Shown here: piece by piece, positions 36,311-45,273 of the stretch | Layout: every line of letters begins with the position of its first letter | How positions within the stretch are numbered: position 1 is the stretch's first letter | Assembly (NCBI GenBank): GCA_015064355.1 | Contig: SVSJ01000004.1 | Span: 22,120 to 86,119 of the forward strand | DNA length: 64,000 bases | Reading direction: 5' to 3' | Origin: Oscillospiraceae bacterium | GTDB lineage: Bacteria > Bacillota > Clostridia > Oscillospirales > CAG-272 | The notes under the pieces: model-generated | The model's database searches: none | What the model was told of the DNA's origin: nothing | Seen by the model: the letters and a program-made list of their open reading frames with translations, nothing else | Made by a program: the position numbers and the translations under genes

Positions 36311-37397
36311 TGAAAAGCGCGTTCATGAGCCGCTGTTCCACGTAGTAAAGCGTGCTCAGATACCCCTCTGGCAGTCAATGTCAATCAGAGTAGGCGCAAT
36401 TTTGATAGCCTTCCTCTTCTCAACTCTGCTCGCTTCCCTTCTCCTGGGAAGATCCCCCATTCAGTTCCTTACCACATTTTTCGGCGGCGCTGTAGGTACT
36501 CCCCGTAAGGTGTGGAATCTGGCCAAAGACGCAGCAAAGCTCCTTTGCATCTCTCTCGCTGTAACCCCCGCGTTCAGAATGAAATTCTGGAATATCGGGG
36601 CTGAAGGTCAGACTCTTATCGGCGCTCTTGCCGCAGTTGCAGTAGTGTTCTACCTTGGCGGCAAAGTGTCAAACGGCGTGCTTCTCCTACTTATGTTTAT
36701 AGCAGCTGTCATCGTCGGTGCTATCTGGGGCGGTATCCCCGCTATCTTCAAGGCTAAGTGGCAGACAAACGAGACTCTGTTCACGCTGATGATGAACTAC
36801 GTTGCCATAGGTCTTGTGGAATATTTCCTAAAGATATGGGTAACAAGCGGCTCCGGCTCTCTTGGTGAAATGAAGTTCGGTCATCTTCCCACAATCGGAC
36901 ATAAATACTTCCTGCTTGTTGCTTGTGTGCTTGTAATTGCTATTCTCTTGTACATATACCTTAACTACACAAAACAAGGTTATGAGATCTCCGTTGTAGG
37001 TGAAAGCGAAAATACCGCAAGATACGTTGGTATCAACGTTGGCAAGGTTATTATACGCACAATGATCATCTCCGGCGCTCTCTGCGGTATCGCAGGCTTC
37101 CTTATTGTTGGCGCGCTTGACCATTCCATTACTGCCGAAACAGTTGGCGGCTTGGGCTTTACAGCGATCATGGCATCATGGCTCGCAAAGTTCAATCCCC
37201 TTACTATGATCGGATCTTCCCTGTTCATTATTTTCCTGCAAAACGGTGCATCCGAGATTTCCGATATGTTCAGAATCGACTCCTCCTTCCCCAACATGGT
37301 AGTGGGAATCGTGCTGTTCTTCCTCATCGGCTGCGAGTTCTTTATCAATTATAAGCTCAAATTCCGTGAATCCGCGAAGAAAGGAGAAAAGGCATAA
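36300..37397 (+). CDS. ABC transporter permease (BPD type, CUT2 family)
   Basis: Start set at ATG 36300 (MKTNEKR.., RBS ggagggtgagg), overlapping the ATPase gene by 11 nt. Multi-TM protein with NIGAEGQ and a GFLIVGALD-like branched-chain/ribose-type permease pattern. Confidence 0.88.
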   Translation: MKTNEKRVHEPLFHVVKRAQIPLWQSMSIRVGAILIAFLFSTLLASLLLGRSPIQFLTTFFGGAVGTPRKVWNLAKDAAKLLCISLAVTPAFRMKFWNIGAEGQTLIGALAAVAVVFYLGGKVSNGVLLLLMFIAAVIVGAIWGGIPAIFKAKWQTNETLFTLMMNYVAIGLVEYFLKIWVTSGSGSLGEMKFGHLPTIGHKYFLLVACVLVIAILLYIYLNYTKQGYEISVVGESENTARYVGINVGKVIIRTMIISGALCGIAGFLIVGALDHSITAETVGGLGFTAIMASWLAKFNPLTMIGSSLFIIFLQNGASEISDMFRIDSSFPNMVVGIVLFFLIGCEFFINYKLKFRESAKKGEKA

Positions 37398-38359
37398 TGA
37401 ATACTTTATTCTCATATCTCTTCTCTGCCATTCCTCTCGGAATCACCCTTCTCTACGGCTGCGTAGGTGAGATACTTACCGAAAAGGTAGGCCATCTTAA
37501 CCTGGGTATCCCCGGTATCATGTGCGTTGGCGGCGCGGGCGGTGCTCTCGCAATCAAGCTCTTGCGTGACAGCGGGCTTCCGCCTTTCCTCATTGTAGTT
37601 ATTGCGATTCTCGTTTCATTTTTGTGCGGCGCTCTTATGGGTGCCATCTACAGTCTCCTCACTGTAACTCTCAAGGCAAATCAGAACGTAACAGGTCTTG
37701 CAATGACTACATTCGGTGTAGGCGTAATGAAGTTCATCATGGCAAAGATCTCCACGATTACTGCCGCTCCCGGCTATCTCTACGCACTTGATTACTTCCG
37801 TTTCCCCTTTGCACACACAACAAATGCCCTCAAATACTTCGGTGTTATGCTGTATCTCGGCATACTGATTGCGATTGCCGCTACATTCGTGCTGAATAAG
37901 ACCCGCGTTGGTCTGCATCTGCGCGCTATAGGTGAAAACCCTGCCGCTGCTGATGCTGTGGGCATCAACGTTACAGCTTACAAGTATCTTGCTACCTGCA
38001 TTGGAAGCGGTATCGCGGCTATGGGCGGTCTGTTCTACATTATGGACTACGGCGGATCTCCCGAGTCCTACAAGACTATCGAATCCCTCGGTTGGCTTGC
38101 AGTTGCCCTTGTAATCTTCGCTATCTGGAAGCCCCTTGTAAGTATCTTGGGTTCCGTGCTCTTCGGTCTTCTTTACCTTGCAGGTTCTTATGTGCCGGGA
38201 CTCTTCGGAATCAATATTTCCCTTGCGCAGTCTGAGCTTCTCAAGCTTCTTCCTTACGTTGTAACAATACTCGTTCTTATCATAACAAGCGTCAGCAAGA
38301 AGAGAGAAAATCAGCCCCCGGCGGCTCTTGGTCTCCCCTACTTCCGCGAAGAAAGATAA
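37397..38359 (+). CDS. ABC transporter permease (second subunit)
   Basis: 320 aa, multi-TM. TAATG overlap with the upstream permease. LNLGIPGIM.. and ENPAAADAVGINV motifs are typical of this family. Confidence 0.88.
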   Translation: MNTLFSYLFSAIPLGITLLYGCVGEILTEKVGHLNLGIPGIMCVGGAGGALAIKLLRDSGLPPFLIVVIAILVSFLCGALMGAIYSLLTVTLKANQNVTGLAMTTFGVGVMKFIMAKISTITAAPGYLYALDYFRFPFAHTTNALKYFGVMLYLGILIAIAATFVLNKTRVGLHLRAIGENPAAADAVGINVTAYKYLATCIGSGIAAMGGLFYIMDYGGSPESYKTIESLGWLAVALVIFAIWKPLVSILGSVLFGLLYLAGSYVPGLFGINISLAQSELLKLLPYVVTILVLIITSVSKKRENQPPAALGLPYFREER

Positions 38360-38367
38360 AAAAAATC

Positions 38368-38400
38368 GGCGAGTCTCGTTTTGAGATTCGCCTTTTTGTT
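38368..38400 (+). terminator. Intrinsic terminator of the BMP ABC operon
   Basis: ggcgagtctc (38368-38377) pairs with gagattcgcc (38383-38392), followed by tttttgtt. Confidence 0.75.
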
Positions 38401-38435
38401 TACCGTTTTTCTCCGAGTGTTGAGGGATTCAATGA

Positions 38436-38464
38436 TTGACAAATGTCGGTGCAAATGATATACT
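38436..38464 (+). promoter_or_regulatory. Sigma-A-type promoter for the orphan 636-aa gene
   Basis: TTGACA (38436-38441), 17-nt spacer, TGaTATACT (hexamer 38459-38464). Confidence 0.5.
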
Positions 38465-38495
38465 AATTTCAGTCACAACACACAGGAGTGTTTAT

Positions 38496-40406
38496 ATGAT
38501 TTTTGATCTTCCATTCGACGTTGTTTTCTGCCCCGACTATGAGTCGGAAACCGTTATTGACGGCTGGGCTCGAGGAGAAGCCGCGGGATATACTTATTAC
38601 GAAGCACGACTTGACGAGCTTTGTTTCTATTTGCTTTGTCATAATGACGGCAAGTTCTATCTGAAGGTGTTTAATCCCTCTGAAAAGGCTTACACGGGAT
38701 TCGTTGGAGTTCGCTACTCATGGAAGCACGGAGAGGGATGCTACACAATGATTCCCGCTATATACTACGACGGAAATGATTTTGCTCCTACAAATAAGAT
38801 CCCAAAGATCTCCCTGCCGGATATTCCTAAGTTTTCGGCATCAATTTCCGCCGCATCTTATCCCGCAGTTATTGTAAAAGATGGGGAACGTGGTTACTGT
38901 TACACCTTCTCCCCCACTTCATTTGCCGGCTGGAACGGAGTTGAGCTTGACGCGGAGCGCGGTTCTCTGACCATATTTGCACCGGCAAGAGAGAAAAACA
39001 TTTACCTCGGAGACATATTCTCCCCCACTGGACGTCCCCCTTTCCGTTGGCAGCAATTTGGCGTAGTGAGCCTTTGCTTCTCTCGAAATGAATTCCCCTG
39101 CCCTGATGTGAACACCCTATTCCATTATCATTGGGACAGTGCCATAAGAAATCCCAAGTACCCTGCGGAAAACCGTCCGAAGACAGACGAAAAGCGAGCT
39201 GCTGAAATCGTGCGTGAGTGGATGTACGACAAGCACATGCTTGAGAACGATCGTGGCGAGCCTTTGATCCTCAACGCGTTTATGGACGAGTGGACCCGCT
39301 GGCCAAATTCCCTTTGCGCAGAGTGGGTTATCCAAATCGGCTGGTGCTGTGGCACAATGACTGCTCTGCCTTTCCTTAAGTTTGGCGGAAAGTATAGGGA
39401 TTTTGCGATTAAATATTTTGACTTTATCTCCGAAAACGGTAATTCCCAGAGCGGGGTCAAGTACTCCGTTTACGACGGCAAGCGGTGGATGACAAAGGAT
39501 CACCCGGAGGCCTCAAGCCGCGAGTACAACCACGCAAGGTTCTACTCGGATCACCTGTATTATCTTGGTCGCGCAATCAGATATGAGCTTGAGGGCGGAA
39601 CTGATCATCCTATCTGGGAAGAAGAATTCCGTAGAGGGGTTGACATTCTTACCGATCTTTGGGAAAGAGAGGGCGACTTCGGAATATACTGGGATATCGA
39701 CTGTGAAAAAGTCCAAATCAAGCGCGGTGGCACCGCTGTTGGAGCATATTGTCTCCTGGTGCTTGGTGAGGCTATACGCCATTACCCTGATGACGAAAAG
39801 CTCCGTCGGATATATAACGAGGCTTGCACGGAATACTACGACAGATGCGTTGTCACAGGTCACTGCAACGGCGGTCCTGCGGACATTCTTGAAGCTGATG
39901 ACTCGGAAAGCTGTGCTGCTCTTGCAAATGCCCTCCTTGTTCGATACGAGCTCTTCGGCGGTGAGGACAATCTAAAAATGGCAATCTCTGCCGCTGAAAT
40001 GTTTGCAACTTGGGTTGTGAATTATATGCCCACTTTCCCCGGTGGAACAATGTTTGAGGGTATCAACGTATGCGGCGGCGTGATCGCAAACGTGCAAAAC
40101 CGTCACATCGGTCCGGGAATCTGCACTAACTCCGCACGTTTCCTTTATAATTTGAGCAAGTACACGGGTGATGACCGTTGGCGACGCCTTTACTACAACG
40201 TGAAGTCCGCCGCCATCAACTGTCTCACGACTTATGACGGGGAGTTCTTTGGGCTTGAGTTCAATACCCCGTTTATGAAGGGAATGCTCAGCGAGCAGAT
40301 CAACATAACAGATGCGCTCAACCCTGCCGGGGAAACCTGGAGAGTAAGCGCCTGCTGGCCTGCAACCGCTGTTCTCCTCGGCTGGTTTGACACACCGGAG
40401 GAATAA
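38496..40406 (+). CDS. Hypothetical 636-aa cytoplasmic protein: beta-rich N-terminal third plus helical-repeat C-terminal part
   Basis: Start set at ATG 38496 (MIFDLPFDV.., RBS aggag). No signal peptide or TM segment. Trp/Tyr-rich helical region. I recognise no family motif. Confidence 0.75.
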   Translation: MIFDLPFDVVFCPDYESETVIDGWARGEAAGYTYYEARLDELCFYLLCHNDGKFYLKVFNPSEKAYTGFVGVRYSWKHGEGCYTMIPAIYYDGNDFAPTNKIPKISLPDIPKFSASISAASYPAVIVKDGERGYCYTFSPTSFAGWNGVELDAERGSLTIFAPAREKNIYLGDIFSPTGRPPFRWQQFGVVSLCFSRNEFPCPDVNTLFHYHWDSAIRNPKYPAENRPKTDEKRAAEIVREWMYDKHMLENDRGEPLILNAFMDEWTRWPNSLCAEWVIQIGWCCGTMTALPFLKFGGKYRDFAIKYFDFISENGNSQSGVKYSVYDGKRWMTKDHPEASSREYNHARFYSDHLYYLGRAIRYELEGGTDHPIWEEEFRRGVDILTDLWEREGDFGIYWDIDCEKVQIKRGGTAVGAYCLLVLGEAIRHYPDDEKLRRIYNEACTEYYDRCVVTGHCNGGPADILEADDSESCAALANALLVRYELFGGEDNLKMAISAAEMFATWVVNYMPTFPGGTMFEGINVCGGVIANVQNRHIGPGICTNSARFLYNLSKYTGDDRWRRLYYNVKSAAINCLTTYDGEFFGLEFNTPFMKGMLSEQINITDALNPAGETWRVSACWPATAVLLGWFDTPEE

Positions 40407-40417
40407 AACAGAATAAC

Positions 40418-40458
40418 AAAAAGCACTTATGGTTTGTTTCATAAGTGCTTTGTTTTCA
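40418..40458. terminator. Bidirectional terminator between convergent genes
   Basis: aagcacttat (40421-40430) pairs with ataagtgctt (40441-40450), flanked by an A-run and a T-run. Confidence 0.7.
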
Positions 40459-40459
40459 T

Positions 40460-41212
40460 TTATCCGAGCAGTACGTCGGTTATGAGCATTACGCAGAATC
40501 CCACGAGAAGCGCGTATGTCGCCCCACGTTCACTGCCGTGTGCATGAGTTTCGGGGATCATTTCGTCGCTGATCACGTAGAGCATTGTTCCGCCTGCAAA
40601 CGCCAGAGCAAATGGGAGAATTGCAGATGCAACACTGACCGCAAAGTAACCGATGAGGGTTCCCACAACTTCCACAAGGCCGGTTATCATTGCCGAGACA
40701 AAGGTCTTCTTCGGTGACACCCCTGCCGCAAGCATTGGGCCGATAATGACCATTCCCTCGGGAATATTCTGAAGCGCAATACCGCCGGCAATTATAAGGG
40801 CCTGTGACACGTCACCCGAGCCAAATCCCACACCTGCCGCGATACCCTCGGGCAGATTATGTATGGCTATAGCAGTCACAAACAGGAGAACCTTGCTGAG
40901 GTTTGCGTTGTTGTGGCTTTCGATATCAGCCCCCACCAGCTTATGAAGGTGTGGCACTAGCTTGTCAATGAGATTAAGGCAAAGCGCACCTGCGAAAATG
41001 CCGGCTACTGTAATCAGAATACCGAATTTTCCACCGTATTCGAGTGACGGAAGAATAAGCCCCAGCACCGCTGCCGCAAGCATAACCCCTGCCGCAAAGG
41101 ATAAAACAATATCCGAGAATTTGTGAGAAATTTTCTTGAATATAAAGCCTATAACCGAGCCGATGACCGTAGCGCCGCCAACTCCCAGGGCTGTTATTAA
41201 TACAAGTTCCAT
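40460..41212 (-). CDS. zupT: ZIP-family divalent metal transporter (ZupT-like)
   Basis: Start set at ATG 41212 (MELVLITALGVGG.., RBS aggagagg). Motifs HNLPEGIAAG and LQNIPEGM. 8-TM-like pattern. Confidence 0.88.
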   Translation of the reverse strand: MELVLITALGVGGATVIGSVIGFIFKKISHKFSDIVLSFAAGVMLAAAVLGLILPSLEYGGKFGILITVAGIFAGALCLNLIDKLVPHLHKLVGADIESHNNANLSKVLLFVTAIAIHNLPEGIAAGVGFGSGDVSQALIIAGGIALQNIPEGMVIIGPMLAAGVSPKKTFVSAMITGLVEVVGTLIGYFAVSVASAILPFALAFAGGTMLYVISDEMIPETHAHGSERGATYALLVGFCVMLITDVLLG

Positions 41213-41266
41213 TTGTCCTCTCCTGAATAAACAAGTATCGGCTGAAAACCAACCGATACTCATAGG

Positions 41267-41476
41267 TTATACTTTTTCGGGGCCCATTAAAATTTCGGAT
41301 ATTACATCCAGCACTTTATTATGGCATCCGCCGCAGCCCGTCGAGCAATGGGTGACCTTTTTTACGTCCTCAAATGCGTCAAGCACGTCGGAGAAGGTCT
41401 TTTTCTCATGAAGGGCGTTTGCAATGTCGTTATAGCTGACCTGCTTGCAATTACAGATTATATAGTTTTCTTTCAT
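41267..41476 (-). CDS. BFD-like [2Fe-2S]-binding small protein
   Basis: 69 aa. The C-x-C ... C-x2-C-x2-C pattern (ICNCKQV, HCSTGCGGCH) fits the BFD-like domain. Confidence 0.8.
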   Translation of the reverse strand: MKENYIICNCKQVSYNDIANALHEKKTFSDVLDAFEDVKKVTHCSTGCGGCHNKVLDVISEILMGPEKV

Positions 41477-41487
41477 AATGTCTTTGA

Positions 41488-41649
41488 TTATTCTGCTTCG
41501 CTGAAGCTATCCTTGCCTACGCCGCAAAGGGGACATTCAAAGTCCTCAGGCAGATCTTCAAACTTTGTTCCGGGAGCAATACCGTTGTCGGGATCGCCAA
41601 CAGCTTCGTCATATTCCCATCCGCATACGTCACATACATACTTTTTCAT
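41488..41649 (-). CDS. Rubredoxin
   Basis: Start set at ATG 41649 ([15 protein letters not shown]..., RBS ggagg). 53 aa with two CxxCG knuckles (CDVCG, CPLCG). Confidence 0.93.
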   Translation of the reverse strand: MKKYVCDVCGWEYDEAVGDPDNGIAPGTKFEDLPEDFECPLCGVGKDSFSEAE

Positions 41650-41683
41650 TAGTTTATCCTCCAAATATTTTTGATTTATTTTT

Positions 41684-42196
41684 TTACAGTACCAGAGAAG
41701 GTGCTGTGTATACTCTTGCAGCAAGCTCCTGATTGAGCATATAGAGGCTCTTGGGATCAGAACCGAACAGCTCCATCTTGGAGATCAGGTCATTTGCGTT
41801 GGTTTCTTCTTCGCCCTGTTCCTTAACGAACCAGTCAAGGAACTGCATTGTACGGAAATCGCGAACATCATAAGCCGCGCCGTAGATATCGTTGATGAGT
41901 GAGGTTACGTATTCCTCGTGCTCAAGGCCTGCCTTCAGCACGTCCATGTGGCACTCAAATACCTTGTCGGGCTTTGCAATAGCGTCGAGAGTAACAGGCA
42001 TATTCTCGTTCTGCAGGTATGTGTAGAAGAGGATCGCGTGGTCTCTTTCTTCCTGTGCCTGGATCATATACCAGTTTGCAAATCCATCAAGGCCCTTTGC
42101 CTTAAAGTAGTTGGAAAAATCAAGATAGAGATAAGCGGAGTAGAACTCCTTGTTGATCTGCTGGTTAAGAAGCTCGTGTACTTTTGCGTTCATCAT
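41684..42196 (-). CDS. ftn: Non-haem ferritin
   Basis: Start set at ATG 42196; the TTG at 42211 overlaps the ggagg [28 protein letters not shown] and other ferritin-like di-iron ligand motifs. Confidence 0.9.
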   Translation of the reverse strand: MMNAKVHELLNQQINKEFYSAYLYLDFSNYFKAKGLDGFANWYMIQAQEERDHAILFYTYLQNENMPVTLDAIAKPDKVFECHMDVLKAGLEHEEYVTSLINDIYGAAYDVRDFRTMQFLDWFVKEQGEEETNANDLISKMELFGSDPKSLYMLNQELAARVYTAPSLVL

Positions 42197-42221
42197 AATA
42201 TTGTCCTCCAATTTTTGTATT

Positions 42222-44012
42222 TTATTTTATTTCTTCAAAATCTGCTGCGCCGTGCTTACAAAGGGGACAAATGAAGTCGTCGGGAAGATCATCACCTTCG
42301 TAAACATATCCGCATATCTTGCATACGTAGCCTTTCTTGCCGTCGGTTTCGGGCTTGGGTTTTACGTTGTCAAAGTAGTAGGTGTAGGTCATTGTCTCTC
42401 TGTCGGAAAGAACTCTTGCTTCGGTTACAGAGCAGATAAACATTCCGTGGGTATCAAGGTCAATATACTGCTCAACCTTCAGAGACATGAAGGAATTAAT
42501 ATATCTGGGAAGGAACACAAGGCCGTTATCGGAGCGGAGAGGCTCACAGTTTGCAAATTTGTCAACATTTCTTCCACTGACAAAGCCAAAGCTTTCAAAT
42601 ACATTGAATGGTGCGTCAACGGTGAGGCAGTTGATGTTCATAATACCTGTCTGCTTGATAACGTGGTGTGAATAATTCTCTTTGTTGATCGTTACAGCCA
42701 CTCGATTGGGAGTGTTTGTTACCTGAGTAACGGTATTAACGATGAGGCCGTTATCCTTCTTGCCGTCGTTTGACGTAACAACATAGAGACCGTAGCCAAT
42801 GTTGAAGAGGGCTGTCATATCGTTCTTATTAGCGGTGGAATCCTGCTGTGCCAGATACTCCATGCAAAGCTCGTCAGCAAGAGCATTGATCTGATTTATG
42901 CTGTCTTCGTTCAGAGCAGAGAGGATCTTTACGGTAGTGTCAGCATAGGTGAGGTTCTTGCAACCCTCAAGCATACCGCGCATAACCTTTGCAGCCAGAG
43001 GAGCCCAGCTTCCGTTTTCTATGAGAGCAACGGTGCGGTTTGAGAAGTTGCGCTCTGTAAGGTGGTCGATGAACTCGCGCATAAACGGGAAAATGTCTGC
43101 GTTGTAAGTTGTTGTTGCAAGAACGAGCTTGCTGTACTTGAATGCATCTGCCGTTGCCGCTGACATATCCCCTCTCGCCAGATCGTGGAGAACTACCTTG
43201 GGGCAGCCGTTTGCAGCAAGCTTTTCTGCAAGGCGGAGCACTGCCTTCTTGGTGTTACCGTAAACAGAGGTGTACGCGATCACGATACCCTCTTCCTCGG
43301 GCTGATAACCGGACCAGGTATTGTAAAGGCCAAGGTAATAACCGAGATTTTCGGTGAGAACAGGACCGTGGAGGGGGCAGATTATACCGATATCAAGGCC
43401 GCCTGCCTTTTTGAGAAGGCTCTGAACCTGCGCGCCGTACTTTCCAACGATGCCGATGTAATATCTTCTTGCCTCATCGATCCAGGGCTCATTAACATCA
43501 AGTGCGCCGAATTTGCCAAAGCCATCAGCGGAGAACAGGATCTTATCTGTGCTGTCATATGTTACGATAACCTCAGGCCAGTGAACCATGGGCGCTGTAA
43601 CGAAAGTAAGGTTATGCTTGCCGAGAGACAGTGTGCTTCCCTCTCCAACAATCACACGGTTATCTTCGAACTCTGTGCCGAAAAAGTTTTTCATCATACT
43701 AAAGGCCTTTGCGGAAGAAACAACAGTTGCATCCGGATATACCTTCAGGAAGTTCACGATATTCGCAGAGTGATCGGGTTCCATGTGCTGTACGATGAGA
43801 TAATCGGGAGTTCTGCCGCCGAGAACATTCTGAATATTATCAAGCCACTCGTGAGTAAAGGCCGCATCAACGGTATCCATAATTGCAATTTTCTCATCAA
43901 TGATTGCGTATGAGTTGTAGGACATTCCGTTCGGAACAACGTACTGACCTTCAAACAAGTCAACCTTGTGGTCGTTTACACCCACATATTTTACATCATT
44001 TGTTATAATCAA
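42222..44012 (-). CDS. Multidomain flavodiiron protein: diiron metallo-beta-lactamase-like + flavodoxin-like + flavin-reductase-like + rubredoxin
   Basis: 596 aa with a TTG start after a ggggtgg RBS. Diiron motif H-x-E-x-D-H (QHMEPDHS). Flavodoxin-like IVIAYTSVYGNTKK. Flavin-reductase-like GLYVVTSNDGKKDNGLIVNT. C-terminal CKICG...CPLC rubredoxin. Confidence 0.88.
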   Translation of the reverse strand: MIITNDVKYVGVNDHKVDLFEGQYVVPNGMSYNSYAIIDEKIAIMDTVDAAFTHEWLDNIQNVLGGRTPDYLIVQHMEPDHSANIVNFLKVYPDATVVSSAKAFSMMKNFFGTEFEDNRVIVGEGSTLSLGKHNLTFVTAPMVHWPEVIVTYDSTDKILFSADGFGKFGALDVNEPWIDEARRYYIGIVGKYGAQVQSLLKKAGGLDIGIICPLHGPVLTENLGYYLGLYNTWSGYQPEEEGIVIAYTSVYGNTKKAVLRLAEKLAANGCPKVVLHDLARGDMSAATADAFKYSKLVLATTTYNADIFPFMREFIDHLTERNFSNRTVALIENGSWAPLAAKVMRGMLEGCKNLTYADTTVKILSALNEDSINQINALADELCMEYLAQQDSTANKNDMTALFNIGYGLYVVTSNDGKKDNGLIVNTVTQVTNTPNRVAVTINKENYSHHVIKQTGIMNINCLTVDAPFNVFESFGFVSGRNVDKFANCEPLRSDNGLVFLPRYINSFMSLKVEQYIDLDTHGMFICSVTEARVLSDRETMTYTYYFDNVKPKPETDGKKGYVCKICGYVYEGDDLPDDFICPLCKHGAADFEEIK

Positions 44013-44048
44013 TTATTCCACCCCTACTTTATTATTTATTTTTTTATT

Positions 44049-44077
44049 ATTATATCATATGGTTTAATTTTATTCAA
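44049..44077 (-). promoter_or_regulatory. Sigma-A-type promoter for the O2/metal operon
   Basis: On the minus strand: TTGAAT (44072-44077), 17-nt spacer, TGaTATAAT (hexamer 44049-44054). Confidence 0.5.
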
Positions 44078-44093
44078 CACATATTTTTCAATT

Positions 44094-45128
44094 TCAGAAG
44101 CATTTTCTGCCTCTGCATCCTTCTGCGCCACTGCATTTATGGCACAGCTCATTTTCGCAGCAATTATTATTCAACAGCTCTACAAGATTATTCACCGTGG
44201 TTTCTGCAATATTGGAAAGAGCCTCTTCTGTAAGAAACGCCTGGTGAGAAGTTACGATCACGTTGGGCATTGAAATAAGTCGAGCCAGAGTGTCATCTTC
44301 AAGGATGTGTCCCGATTTGTCCTCGAAGAACAGCTCGGATTCTTCCTCGTACACGTCAAGGCAGGCAGCACCAACTTTGCGGGATTTGATTCCGGCGAGT
44401 AGTGCCTCTGCATCAACAAGTCCACCGCGAGATGTGTTAAGAATTACCACGCCCCTCTTGCACTTTTCGATAGAGGATGCATCTATCACGTGGCGGGTCT
44501 CTTCGTTGAGCGGGCAATGGAGGGATATTATGTCGCTGTTCTCGAAAAGCTCGTCGAGGCTCACGTATCTGATGTTTTCTCCGTCCTCAAGTCCCTCAGC
44601 CGGGAATTTGTCGTAAGCCAGAACCTTCATTCCAAAGCCGCGGCAGATGTTAATAAACACCCGTCCGATTCGCCCTGTACCGATCACGCCAACGGTCTTT
44701 CCGTGGAGATCAAAACCCGTGAGTCCACCAAGGCTGAAATTGAAATCTTTTGTGCGGATATAGGCCTTGTGGATCCTGCGGATAGATGTGAGAAGCAGGG
44801 CCATTGCGTGTTCTGCTACTGCGTAAGGGGAGTATGCAGGAACACGGAGCACGTGGATCTTGCCGTAAGCATGCTTCATATCGACGTTGTTAAATCCGGC
44901 ACAACGAAGAGCCACAACTTTCACTCCCAGTTCGCACAGCCTGTCAATAACTGCCGCGTTTACCGTATCGTTAACGAACACGCAAACTCCGTCAGCCCCA
45001 TGTGCCAGGTCAACCGTGTCCTCATTCAGCTTGGTTTCGTAAAATTTAAAGGTGATTCCCTTTTCCGCGCCGTACTTTTCAAAAGCCGGCTTATCGTATG
45101 GTTTTGTATCAAAAAAAGCAATTTTCAT
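44094..45128 (-). CDS. ldhA: D-lactate / D-2-hydroxyacid dehydrogenase with a Cys-rich C-terminal tail
   Basis: Start set at ATG 45128 (MKIAFFDTKPYD, RBS ggagga). NAD motif GVIGTGRIG; catalytic region SLHCPL.. and TSHQAF. Ends ..CCENELCHKCSGAEGCRGRKCF. Confidence 0.88.
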   Translation of the reverse strand: MKIAFFDTKPYDKPAFEKYGAEKGITFKFYETKLNEDTVDLAHGADGVCVFVNDTVNAAVIDRLCELGVKVVALRCAGFNNVDMKHAYGKIHVLRVPAYSPYAVAEHAMALLLTSIRRIHKAYIRTKDFNFSLGGLTGFDLHGKTVGVIGTGRIGRVFINICRGFGMKVLAYDKFPAEGLEDGENIRYVSLDELFENSDIISLHCPLNEETRHVIDASSIEKCKRGVVILNTSRGGLVDAEALLAGIKSRKVGAACLDVYEEESELFFEDKSGHILEDDTLARLISMPNVIVTSHQAFLTEEALSNIAETTVNNLVELLNNNCCENELCHKCSGAEGCRGRKCF

Positions 45129-45221
45129 GCTGTATCCTCCTATTTTTCTAAATACAGTATACCACAACCAACTAATATGGTATGTTGAAATTTCAACAAA
45201 AAATTAAGTTTTTCAAATTTT

Positions 45222-45257
45222 TCAAAAAAACAAAGCCCTGGAGAAAATCCAAGGCTT
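45222..45257 (-). terminator. Intrinsic terminator of trpB
   Basis: On the minus strand, agccttgg..ccagggct stem followed by ttgttttttt. Confidence 0.65.
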
Positions 45258-45273
45258 TTTGTTTTGGGTTAAT

